This document shows, in pieces, positions 53,201-64,000 of a DNA stretch of 64,000 nucleotides; within the stretch, counting starts at the first letter, position 1, and every line of letters starts with the position of its first letter. A program made the position numbers and the translations under genes. The stretch is from Eledone cirrhosa (taxonomy: Eukaryota): assembly GCA_964016885.1 (NCBI GenBank), contig OZ024743.1, positions 56,048,001-56,112,000 of the forward strand. The letters are read 5' to 3'. Below the pieces are notes generated by a model that was not told the origin of the DNA, did no database searches, and saw only the letters and a list, made by a program, of their open reading frames with translations.

Positions 53201-56200
53201 GGTTTTGTTGATGTGATCCTTGGTGTTGTTATTATTGTTCTTTGTGTTGTTGTTGGTGTCCTTGGTATTGTTGTTGGTGTCCTTGGTATTATTGATGGTG
53301 TCCTTGTTGTTGTTGATGTTGTCCTTGGTGTTGTTGTGGTCCTTGGTGTTGTTGATGTTGTCCTTGGTGTTGTTATTGGTGTCCTTGGTGTTGTTGATGG
53401 TGTCCTTGGTGTGGTTGTTGGTGTCCTTGGTGTTGTTGTTGATGTCCTTGGTGCTGTTGTTGGTGTCCTTGGTATTGTTGTTGGTGTCCTTGGTGTTGTT
53501 GTTGGTGGCCTTGGTGTTGTTGTTGATGTCCTTGGTGTTGTTGTTGATGTCCTTGGTGCTGTTGTTGGTGTCCTGGTGTTGTTGTTGGTGTACTTGGCGT
53601 TGTTGTTGATGTCCTTGTTATTGTTGTTGATGTCCTTGGTGTGTTGTTGATCTCTTTGGTGTTGTTGTTGATGTCCTTGGTGTTGTTGTTGGTGTCCCTG
53701 TTGTTGTTGTTGGAGTCCTTGGTGTTGTTCTTGATGTCCTTGTTGTTGTGGTTGGTGTCCCTGTTGTTGTTGTTGGTGTCCTTGGTATTGTTGTTGATGT
53801 CCTTGGTGTTGTTATTGGTGTCCTTGGTATTGTTGTTGATGTCCTTGGTGTTGTTGTCCTTCCTGTTGTTGACGCTGTCCTTCGTGTTGTTGTTGGTGTC
53901 CTTGGTGTTGTTGTGGTCCTTGGTGTTGTTTATGTTGTCCTTGGTGTTGTTATTGGTGTCCTTGATGTTGTTGATGGTGTCCTTGGTTTTGTTGTTGGTG
54001 TCCTTGATGTTGTTGATGGTGTCCTTGGTGTTGTTGTTGATGTCCTTGGTGTTGTTGTTGGTGTCCTTTGTGTTGTTACTTTCCTTGATGTTGTTGTTTA
54101 TGTTCTTGGTGTTGTTGATGGTGTCCTTGGTGTTGTTGTTGGTGTCCTTGGTGTTTTTGATGTCATTGGTGTTGATGTTGATGTCCTTCGTGTTGATGTT
54201 GCTGACCTTGGTGGTGTTGATATCCTTGGTGTTGTTGTTGGTGCCCTTGGTATTGTTGTTGGTGTCCTTGGTGTTGTGGTTTATGTCCTTGGTGTTGTTG
54301 TTGGTGTCATTGGTGTTGTTGATGGTGTCCTTTGTGTTGTTGTTAGTGTCCTTGGTATTGTTGATGGTTTACTTGGTGTTGTTGTTGGTGTCCTTGGTGT
54401 TGTTGTTAATGTCCTTGGTGTTGTTGTGGATGTCCTTGGTGTTGTTGATGTCCTTGGTATTGTTGTTGATGTCCTTGGTGTTGTTGATGTCCTTGGTATT
54501 GTTGTTGATGTCCTTGGTGTTGTTGTGGATGTCCCTGGTGTTGTTTTTGATGTTCTTGGTGCTGTTGTTGATGTCCTTGGTGTTGTTGTTGATGTCCTTG
54601 GTATTGTTGTTGATGTCCTTGGTGTTGTTGTTGATGTCCTTGGTGTTGTTGTTGATGTCCTTGGTGTTGTTGGTGTCCCTGATGTTGTTGTTTATGTCCT
54701 TGGTGTTGTTGATGGTGTCCTTGGTGTTGTTTTTGATGTCCTTGGTGTTGTTGTTGATGGCCTTGGTGTTGTTGGTGCCCTTGGTATTGTTGTTGGTGTC
54801 CTTGGTGTTGTGGTTTATGTCCTTGGTGTTGTTGTTGGTTTCCTTGGTGTTGTTGTTGATGTCCTTGGTGTTGTTGTTGGTGTCCTTGGTGTTGTTTTTG
54901 ATGTCCTTGGTGTTGTTGTTGATGTTCTTGGCTTGTTGTTGGTGTCCTTGGTGTTTTTGATGTGGTCCTTGGTGTTGTTGTTGGTGTCCTTGGTGTTGTT
55001 GATGTCCTTCGTGTTGTTGTTGATGTCCTTGGTGTTGTCGTTGATGTCCTTGGTATCGTTGGTGTCCTTCGTTTTGTTCATGGTGTCCTTGGTGTTGTTG
55101 ATGGTGTCCTTGGTGTTGTTGTTGGAGTCCTTGGTATTGTTGTTGAAGTCCTTCGTGTTGTTGGTGGCCTTGGTGTTGTTGTTGATGTCCTTGGTGTGTT
55201 GTTGATCTCTTTGGTGTTGTTGTTGATGTCCTTGGTGTTGTTGTTGGTGTCCCTGTTGTTGTTGTTGGAGTCCTTCGTGTTGTTCTTGATGTCCTTGTTG
55301 TTGTGGTTGGTGTCTCTGTTGTTGTTGTTGGTGTCCTTGGTATTGTTGTTGATGTCCTTGGTGTTGTTATTGGTGTCCTTGGTATTGTTGTTGATGTCCT
55401 TGGTGTTGTTGTCCTTCGTGTTGTTGACGCTGTCCTTCGTGTTGTTGTTGGTGTCCTTGGTGTTGTTGTGGTCCTTGGTGTTGTTTATGTTGTCCTTGGT
55501 GTTGTTATTGGTGTCCTTGATGTTGTTGTTGGTGTCCTTGGTGTTGTTGATCGTGTCCTTGGTGTTGTGGATGTCCTTGGTGCTGTGGATGTCCTTGATG
55601 TTGACGTTGGTGTTGTTGTTGGTGTCCTTGGTGTTGTTGTTGATGTCCTTGGTGTTGTTGTTGGTGTCCTTGGTGTTGTTGATGGTGTCCTGGGCATTGT
55701 TGTTGGTGTCCTTGGCTTTGTTGTTGATGTCCTTGGTGTTGTTGTTGATGTCTTTGGTGCTGTTGTTGATGTCCTTGGTATTGTTGTTGGTGTCCTTGGT
55801 ATTGTTGATGGTGTCCTTGGTTTTGTTGTTGTCCTTGGTATTGTTGTTGCTGTCCTTGATGTTGTTGTTGATGGCCTTGGTGCTGTTGTTGACGTACTTG
55901 GTGTTGTTGTTGGTGTCCTTTGTGTTGTTGTTGGTGTCCTTGGTGTTGTTTTTGGTGTCCTTGGTGTTGTTGTTGATGTCCTTGCTGTTGTTGTTGGTGT
56001 CCTTGGTGTTGTTGTTGGTGTCCTTGGTGTTGTTTTCGGTGTCCTTGGTGTTGTTGTTGATGTCCTTGCTGTTGTTGTTGGTGTCCTTGGTGTTGTTGAT
56101 GGTGTCCTTGGTATTTTTGTTGATGTCCTTGGTGTTGTTGTTGATGTCCTTGGTGTTGTTGTTGGTGTCCTTGGTATTGTTGTTGGTGACCTTGGTATTG

Positions 56201-59200
56201 TTGATGGTGTCCTTGGTATTGTTGTTGGTGACCTTGGTATTGTTGTTGATGTCCTTGGTGTTGTTGTTGGAGTCCTTGGTATTGTTGTGGATGTCCCTGG
56301 TGTTGTTTTTGATGTTCTTGGTGCTGTTGTTGATGTCCTTGGTGTTGTTGTTGATGTCCTTGGTATTGTTGTTGATGTCCTTGGTGTTGTTGTTGATGTC
56401 CTTGGTGTTGTTGTTGATGTCCTTGGTGTTGTTGGTGTCCCTGATGTTGTTGTTTATGTCCTTGGTGTTGTTGATGGTGTCCTTGGTGTTGTTTTTGATG
56501 TCCTTGGTGTTGTTGTTGATGGCCTTGGTGTTGTTGGTGCCCTTGGTATTGTTGTTGGTGTCCTTGGTGTTGTGGTTTATGTCCTTGGTGTTGTTGTTGG
56601 TTTCCTTGGTGTTGTTGTTGATGTCCTTGGTGTTGTTGTTGGTGTCCTTGGTGTTGTTTTTGATGTCCTTGGTGTTGTTGTTGATGTTCTTGGCTTGTTG
56701 TTGGTGTCCTTGGTGTTTTTGATGTGGTCCTTGGTGTTGTTGTTGGTGTCCTTGGTGTTGTTGATGTCCTTCGTGTTGTTGTTGATGTCCTTGGTGTTGT
56801 TGTTGGTGTCCTTGGTATTGTTGTTGGTGACCTTGGTATTGTTGATGGTGTCCTTGGTATTGTTGTTGGTGACCTTGGTATTGTTGTTGATGTCCTTGGT
56901 GTTGTTGTTGGAGTCCTTGGTATTGTTGTTGATGTCCTTGGTGTTGTTGTTGGTGTCCTTGGTATGTTGTTGGTGTCCTTGGTGTTGTTGTTGGTGTCCT
57001 TGGTGTTGTTGTTGATGTCCCGGGTGTTGTTGTTGGTGTCCTTGGTGTTGTTGTTGGTGTCCTTGGTGTTGTTGATGGTGTCCTTTGTGTTGTTGTTAGT
57101 GTCCTTGTTATTGTTGATGGTTTCCTTGGTGTTGTTGTTGGTGTCCTTGGTGTTGTTGTTAATGTCCTTGGTGTTGTTGTGGATGTCCTTGGTGTTGTTG
57201 ATGTCCTTGGTATTGTTGTTGATGTCCTTGGTGTTGTTGATGTCGTTGGTATTGTTGTTGATGTCCTTGGTGTTGTTGTGGATGTCCTTGGAGTTGTTTT
57301 TGATATTCTTGGTGCTGTTGTTGATGTCCTTGGTGTTGTTGTTGATGTCCTTGGTATTGTTGTTGATGTCCTTGGTGTTGTTGTTGATGTCCTTGGTGTT
57401 GTTGTTGATGTCCTTGGTGTTGTTGGTGTCCTTGATGTTGTTGTTTATGTCCTTGGTGTTGTTGATGGTGTCCTTGGTGTTGTTTTTGATGTCCTTGGTG
57501 TTGTTGTTGATGTCCTTGGTGTTGTTGGTGTCCTTGATGTTGTTGTTAATGTCCTTGGTGTTGTTGATGGTGTCCTTGGTGTTGTTGTTGATGTCCTTGG
57601 TGTTGTTGTTGATGACCTTGGTGGTGTTGATGTCCATACTGTTGTTGTTGATGACCTTGGTGTTGTTGATGCTGTCCTTGGTGTTGTTGATATCCTTGGT
57701 GTTGTTGTTGATGTCCTTGGTGTTGTTGGTGTCCTTGATGTTGTTGTTTATGTTCTTGGTATTGTTGTTGATGTCCTTGGTGTTGTTGGTGTCCTTGGTA
57801 TTGTTGGTGGTGTCCTTGGTGTTGTTGTTGGTGTCCTTGGTATTGTTGCTGGTGTCCTTGGTGTTGTTGTTGGTGTCCTTGTATTGCTGTTGATATCCTT
57901 TGTGTTGTTGGTGTTCTTGGCGTTGTTGTTGATCTCCTTGGTGTTGTTGTTGATCTCCTTCGTGTTGTTGTTGATCTCCTTGGTGTTGTTGTTGATGTCC
58001 TTGGTTTTGTTGATGTGATCCTTGGTGTTGTTGATGTTGTTCTTTGTGTTGTTGTTGGTGTCCTTGGTTTTGTTGATGTGATGCTTGGTGTTGTTATTAT
58101 TGTTCTTTGTGTTGTTGTTGGTGTCCTTGGTATTGTTGTTGGTGTCCTTGGTATTATTGATGGTGTCCTTGTTGTTGTTGATGTTGTCCTTGGTGTTGTT
58201 GTGGTCCTTGGTGTTGTTGATGTTGTCCTTGGTGTTGTTATTGGTGTCCTTGGTGTTGTTGATGGTGTCCTTGGTGTGGTTGTTGGTGTCCTTGGTGTTG
58301 TTGTTGATGTCCTTGGTGCTGTTGTTGGTGTCCTTGGTATTGTTGTTGGTGTCCTTGGTGTTGTTGTTGGTGGCCTTGGTGTTGTTGTTGATGTCCTTGG
58401 TGTTGTTGTTGATGTCCTTGGTGCTGTTGTTGGTGTCCTGGTGTTGTTGTTGGTGTACTTGGCATTGTTGTTGATGTCCTTGTTATTGTTGTTGATGTCC
58501 TTGGTGTGTTGTTGATCTCTTTGGTGTTGTTGTTGATGTCCTTGGTGTTGTTGTTGGTGTCCCTGTTGTTGTTGTTGGAGTCCTTGGTGTTGTTCTTGAT
58601 GTCCTTGTTGTTGTGGTTGGTGTCCCTGTTGTTGTTGTTGGTGTCCTTGGTATTGTTGTTGATGTCCTTGGTGTTGTTATTGGTGTCCTTGGTATTGTTG
58701 TTGATGTCCTTGGTGTTGTTGTCCTTCCTGTTGTTGACGCTGTCCTTCGTGTTGTTGTTGGTGTCCTTGGTGTTGTTGTGGTCCTTGGTGTTGTTTATGT
58801 TGTCCTTGGTGTTGTTATTGGTGTCCTTGATGTTGTTGTTGGTGTCCTTGGTGTTGTTGATCGTGTCCTTGGTGTTGTGGATGTCCTTGGTGTTGTGGAT
58901 GTCCTTGATGTTGACGTTGGTGTTGTTGTTGGTGTCCTTGGTGTTGTTGTTGATGTCCTTGGGTTTTGTTGTTGGTGTCCTTGGTGTTGTTGATGGTGTC
59001 CTTGGTATTGTTGTTGGTGTCCTTGGTGTTGTTGGTGTCCTTGGTATTGTTGGTGTCCTTGGTATTGTTGTTGATGTCCTTGGTGTTGTTGTTGGTGTCC
59101 TTGGTGTTGTTGATGGTGTCCTGGGTATTGTTGTTGGTGTCCTTGGCTTTGTTGTTGATGTCCTTGGTGTTGTTGTTGATGTCCTTGGTGCTGTTGTTGA

Positions 59201-62200
59201 TGTCCTTGGTATTGTTGTTGGTGTCCTTGGTATTGTTGATGGTGTCCTTGGTTTTGTTGTTGTCCTCGGTATTGTTGTTGCTGTCCTTGATGTTGTTGTT
59301 GATGGCCTTGGTGCTGTTGTTGACGTCCTTGGTGTTGTTGTTGGTGTCCTTTGTGTTGTTGTTGGTGTCCTTGGTGTTGTTTTTGGTGTCCTTGGTGTTG
59401 TTGTTGATGTCCTTGCTGTTGTTGTTGGTGTCATTGGTGTTGTTGTTGGTGTCCTTGGTGTTGTTTTTGGTGTCCTTGGTGTTGTTGTTGATGTCCTTGC
59501 TGTTGTTGTTGGTGTCCTTGGTGTTGTTGATGGTGTCCTTGGTATTGTTGTTGATGTCCTTGGTGTTGTTGTTGGTGTCCTTGGTGTTGTTGTTGGTGTC
59601 CTTGGTATTGTTGTTGGTGACCTTGGTATTGTTGATGGTTTCCTTGGTATTGTTGTTGGTGACCTTGGTATTGTTGTTGATGTCCTTGGTGTTGTTGTTG
59701 GTGTCCTTGGTATTGTTGTTGATGTCCTTGGTGTTGTAGTTGGTGTCCTTGGTATGTTGTTGGTGTCCTTGGTGTTGTTGTTGGTGTCCTTGGTGTTGTT
59801 GTTGATGTCCCGGGTGTTGTTGTTGGTGTCCTTGGTGTTGTTGATGGTGTCCTTTGTGTTGTTGTTAGTGTCCTTGGTATTGTTGATGGTTTACTTGGTG
59901 TTGTTGTTGGTGTCCTTGGTGTTGTTGTTAATGTCCTTGGTGTTGTTGTGGATGTCCTTGGTGTTGTTGATGTCCTTGGTATTGTTGTTGATGTCCTTGG
60001 TGTTGTTGATGTCCTTGGTATTGTTGTTGATGTCCTTGGTGTTGTTGTAGTTGTCCTTGGTGTTGTTTTTGATGTTCTTGGTGCTGTTGTTGATGTCCTT
60101 GGTGTTGTTGTTGATGTCCTTGGTATTGTTGTTGATGTCCTTGGTGTTGTTGTTGATGTCCTTGGTGTTGTTGTTGATGTCCTTGGTGTTGTTGGTGTCC
60201 CTGATGTTGTTGTTTATGTCCTTGGTGTTGTTGATGGTGTCCTTGGTGTTGTTTTTGATGTCCTTGGTGTTGTTGTTGATGGCCTTGGTGTTGTTGGTGC
60301 CCTTGGTATTGTTGTTGGTGTCCTTGGTGTTGTGGTTTATGTCCTTGGTGTTGTTGTTGGTTTCCTTGGTGTTGTTGTTGATGTCCTTGGTGTTGTTGTT
60401 GGTGTCCTTGGTGTTGTTTTTGATGTCCTTGGTGTTGTTGTTGATGTTCTTGGCTTGTTGTTGGTGTCCTTGGTGTTTTTGATGTGGTCCTTGGTGTTGT
60501 TGTTGGTGTCCTTGGTGTTGTTGATGTCCTTCGTGTTGTTGTTGATGTCCTTGGTGTTGTCGTTGATGTCCTTGGTATCGTTGGTGTCCTTCGTTTTGTT
60601 CATGGTGTCCTTGGTGTTGTTGATGGTGTCCTTGGTGTTGTTGTTGGAGTCCTTGGTATTGTTGTTGAAGTCCTTCGTGTTGTTGGTGGCCTTGGTGTTG
60701 TTGTTGATGTCCTTGGTGTGTTGTTGATCTCTTTGGTGTTGTTGTTGATGTCCTTGGTGTTGTTGTTGGTGTCCCTGTTGTTGTTGTTGGAGTCCTTCGT
60801 GTTGTTCTTGATGTCCTTGTTGTTGTGGTTGGTGTCTCTGTTGTTGTTGTTGGTGTCCTTGGTATTGTTGTTGATGTCCTTGGTGTTGTTATTGGTGTCC
60901 TTGGTATTGTTGTTGATGTCCTTGGTGTTGTTGTCCTTCGTGTTGTTGACGCTGTCCTTCGTGTTGTTGTTGGTGTCCTTGGTGTTGTTGTGGTCCTTGG
61001 TGTTGTTTATGTTGTCCTTGGTGTTGTTATTGGTGTCCTTGATGTTGTTGTTGGTGTCCTTGGTGTTGTTGATCGTGTCCTTGGTGTTGTGGATGTCCTT
61101 GGTGCTGTGGATGTCCTTGATGTTGACGTTGGTGTTGTTGTTGGTGTCCTTGGTGTTGTTGTTGATGTCCTTGGGTTTTGTTGTTGGTGTCCTTGGTGTT
61201 GTTGATGGTGTCCTTGGTATTGTTGTTGGTGTCCTTGGTGTTGTTGGTGTCCTTGGTATTGTTGGTGTCCTTGGTATTGTTGTTGATGTCCTTGGTGTTG
61301 TTGTTGGTGTCCTTGGTGTTGTTGATGGTGTCCTGGGTATTGTTGTTGGTGTCCTTGGCTTTGTTGTTGATGTCCTTGGTGTTGTTGTTGATGTCTTTGG
61401 TGCTGTTGTTGATGTCCTTGGTATTGTTGTTGGTGTCCTTGGTATTGTTGATGGTGTCCTTGGTTTTGTTGTTGTCCTTGGTATTGTTGTTGCTGTCCTT
61501 GATGTTGTTGTTGATGGCCTTGGTGCTGTTGTTGACGTACTTGGTGTTGTTGTTGGTGTCCTTTGTGTCGTTGTTGGTGTCCTTGGTGTTGTTTTTGGTG
61601 TCCTTGGTGTTGTTGTTGATGTCCTTGCTGTTGTTGTTGGTGTCCTTGGTGTTGTTGTTGGTGTCCTTGGTGTTGTTTTCGGTGTCCTTGGTGTTGTTGT
61701 TGATGTCCTTGCTGTTGTTGTTGGTGTCCTTGGTGTTGTTGATGGTGTCCTTGGTATTTTTGTTGATGTCCTTGGTGTTGTTGTTGATGTCCTTGGTGTT
61801 GTTGTTGGTGTCCTTGGTATTGTTGTTGGTGACCTTGGTATTGTTGATGGTGTCCTTGGTATTGTTGTTGGTGACCTTCGTATTGTTGTTGATGTCCTTG
61901 GTGTTGTTGTTGGAGTCCTTGGTATTGTTGTTGATGTCCTTGGTGTTGTTGTTGGTGTCCTTGGTATGTTGTTGGTGTCCTTGGTGTTGTTGTTGGTGTC
62001 CTTGGTGTTGTTGTTGATGTCCCGGGTGTTGTTGTTGGTGTCCTTGGTGTTGTTGTTGGTGTCCTTGGTGTTGTTGATGGTGTCCTTTGTGTTGTTGTTA
62101 GTGTCCTTGTTATTGTTGATGGTTTCCTTGGTGTTGTTGTTGGTGTCCTTGGTGTTGTTGTTAATGTCCTTGGTGTTGTTGTGGATGTCCTTGGTGTTGT

Positions 62201-64000
62201 TGATGTCCTTGGTATTGTTGTTGATGTCCTTGGTGTTGTTGATGTCGTTGGTATTGTTGTTGATGTCCTTGGTGTTGTTGTGGATGTCCTTGGTGTTGTT
62301 TTTGATGTTCTTGGTGCTGTTGTTGATGTCCTTGGTGTTGTTGTTGATGTCCTTGGTATTGTTGTTGATGTCCTTGGTGTTGTTGTTGATGTCCTTGGTG
62401 TTGTTGTTGATGTCCTTGGTGTTGTTGGTGTCCTTGATGCTGTTGTTTATGTCCTTGGTGTTGTTGATGGTGTCCTTGGTGTTGTTTTTGATGTCCTTGG
62501 TGTTGTTGTTGATGTCCTTGGTGTTGTTGGTGTCCTTGATGTTGTTGTTAATGTCCTTGGTGTTGTTGATGGTGTCCTTGGTGTTGTTGTTGATGTCCTT
62601 GGTGTTGTTGTTGATGACCTTGGTGGTGTTGATGTCCATACTGTTGTTGTTGATGACCTTGGTGTTGTTGATGCTGTCCTTGGTGTTGTTGATATCCTTG
62701 GTGTTGTTGTTGATGTCCTTGGTGTTGTTGGTGTCCTTGATGTTGTTGTTTATGTTCTTGGTATTGTTGTTGATGTCCTTGGTGTTGTTGGTGTCCTTGG
62801 TATTGTTGGTGGTGTCCTTGGTGTTGTTGTTGGTGTCCTTGGTATTGTTGCTGGTGTCCTTGGTGTTGTTGTTGGTGTCCTTGTATTGCTGTTGATATCC
62901 TTTGTGTTGTTGGTGTTCTTGGCGTTGTTGTTGATCTCCTTGGTGTTGTTGTTGATCTCCTTCGTGTTGTTGTTGATCTCCTTGGTGTTGTTGTTGATGT
63001 CCTTGGTTTTGTTGATGTGATCCTTGGTGTTGTTGATGTTGTTCTTTGTGTTGTTGTTGGTGTCCTTGGTTTTGTTGATGTGATGATTGGTGTTGTTATT
63101 ATTGTTCTTTGTGTTGCTGTTGGTGTCCTTGGTATTGTTGTTGGTGTCCTTGGTATTATTGATGGTGTCCTTGTTGTTGTTGATGTTGTCCTTGGTGTTG
63201 TTGTGGTCCTTGGTGTTGTTGATGTTGTCCTTGGTGTTGTTATTGGTGTCCTTGGTGTTGTTGATGGTGTCCTTGGTGTGGTTGTTGGTGTCCTTGGTGT
63301 TGTTGTTGATGTCCTTGGTGCTGTTGTTGGTGTCCTTGGTATTGTTGTTGGTGTCCTTGGTGTTGTTGTTGGTGGCCTTGGTGTTGTTGTTGATGTCCTT
63401 GGTGTTGTTGTTGATGTCCTTGGTGCTGTTGTTGGTGTCCTGGTGTTGTTGTTGGTGTACTTGGCGTTGTTGTTGATGTCCTTGTTATTGTTGTTGATGT
63501 CCTTGGTGTGTTGTTGATCTCTTTGGTGTTGTTGTTGATGTCCTTGGTGTTGTTGTTGGTGTCCCTGTTGTTGTTGTTGGAGTCCTTGGTGTTGTTCTTG
63601 ATGTCCTTGTTGTTGTGGTTGGTGTCCCTGTTGTTGTTGTTGGTGTCCTTGGTATTGTTGTTGATGTCCTTGGTGTTGTTATTGGTGTCCTTGGTATTGT
63701 TGTTGATGTCCTTGGTGTTGTTGTCCTTCCTGTTGTTGACGCTGTCCTTCGTGTTGTTGTTGGTGTCCTTGGTGTTGTTGTGGTCCTTGGTGTTGTTTAT
63801 GTTGTCCTTGGTGTTGTTATTGGTGTCCTTGATGTTGCTGTTGGTGTCCTTGGTGTTGTTGATCGTGTCCTTGGTGTTGTGGATGTCCTTGGTGTTGTGG
63901 ATGTCCTTGATGTTGACGTTGGTGTTGTTGTTGGTGTCCTTGGTGTTGTTGTTGATGTCCTTGGTGTTGTTGTTGGTGTCCTTGGTGTTGTTGATGGTGT
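47270..64000. repeat. Mosaic higher-order region of reshuffled kb-scale modules, 3.9-5.5 kb recurrences
   Basis: Near-identical ORFs at 49278/53220/58085/63087, 49699/53641/58506, 47541/54815/60337, 54962/60484, 57179/62181 and 51493/58966/61178. Confidence 0.88.

Larger units (their letters stand above)
17212..64000. repeat. >46.7 kb satellite, 21-bp monomer GGTGTCCTTGGTGTTGTTGTT (18/21/24-bp variants by GTT copy number; common variants GATGTCCTT, GTCTTT, GGTATT, GTCATT), continues past the right edge
   Basis: Uninterrupted monomer array, roughly 2200 copies by length/21. No transposon insertion or unique sequence seen within it. Confidence 0.98.

Noticed and set aside
17144-63517. Giant hydrophobic membrane proteins (LLLVSLV / VVVGVLG) on the plus strand
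   Set aside because: Overlapping frames are all open because the monomer lacks stops. Starts are mostly GTG/TTG, frames switch at indels, and the composition is implausible.

Overview
Eukaryotic (metazoan) non-coding, repeat-dominated window with no credible protein-coding gene. The SINE consensus motifs resemble those I recall from octopus (coleoid cephalopod) genomes; this is an inference, not a database result. 1-5.4 kb and 15.3-17.2 kb are patchworks of tRNA-derived SINEs (two near-intact copies with target-site duplications, in inverted orientation), CORE-like SINE fragments, two tandem short non-autonomous LINE (RTE-like) derivatives (one keeps a frameshifted C2H2 zinc finger and both have a (TATG)n tail) and microsatellites. 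5.46-15.0 kb is a ~9.5 kb G/T-rich array built on GTGGTGG(A/T)GTGTA with ~1.85/3.7 kb higher-order structure. 17.2-64.0 kb is a >46 kb satellite with a 21-bp monomer (GGTGTCCTTGGTGTTGTTGTT; 18/21/24-bp variants). It has several generations of kb-scale higher-order duplication and a left-to-right divergence gradient. The long ORFs in the track follow from stop-free repeat units. I found no convincing new biological system. The most notable points are the layered satellite architecture, the shared G/T strand polarity, the RTE-derived bipartite elements and the inverted SINE pair.
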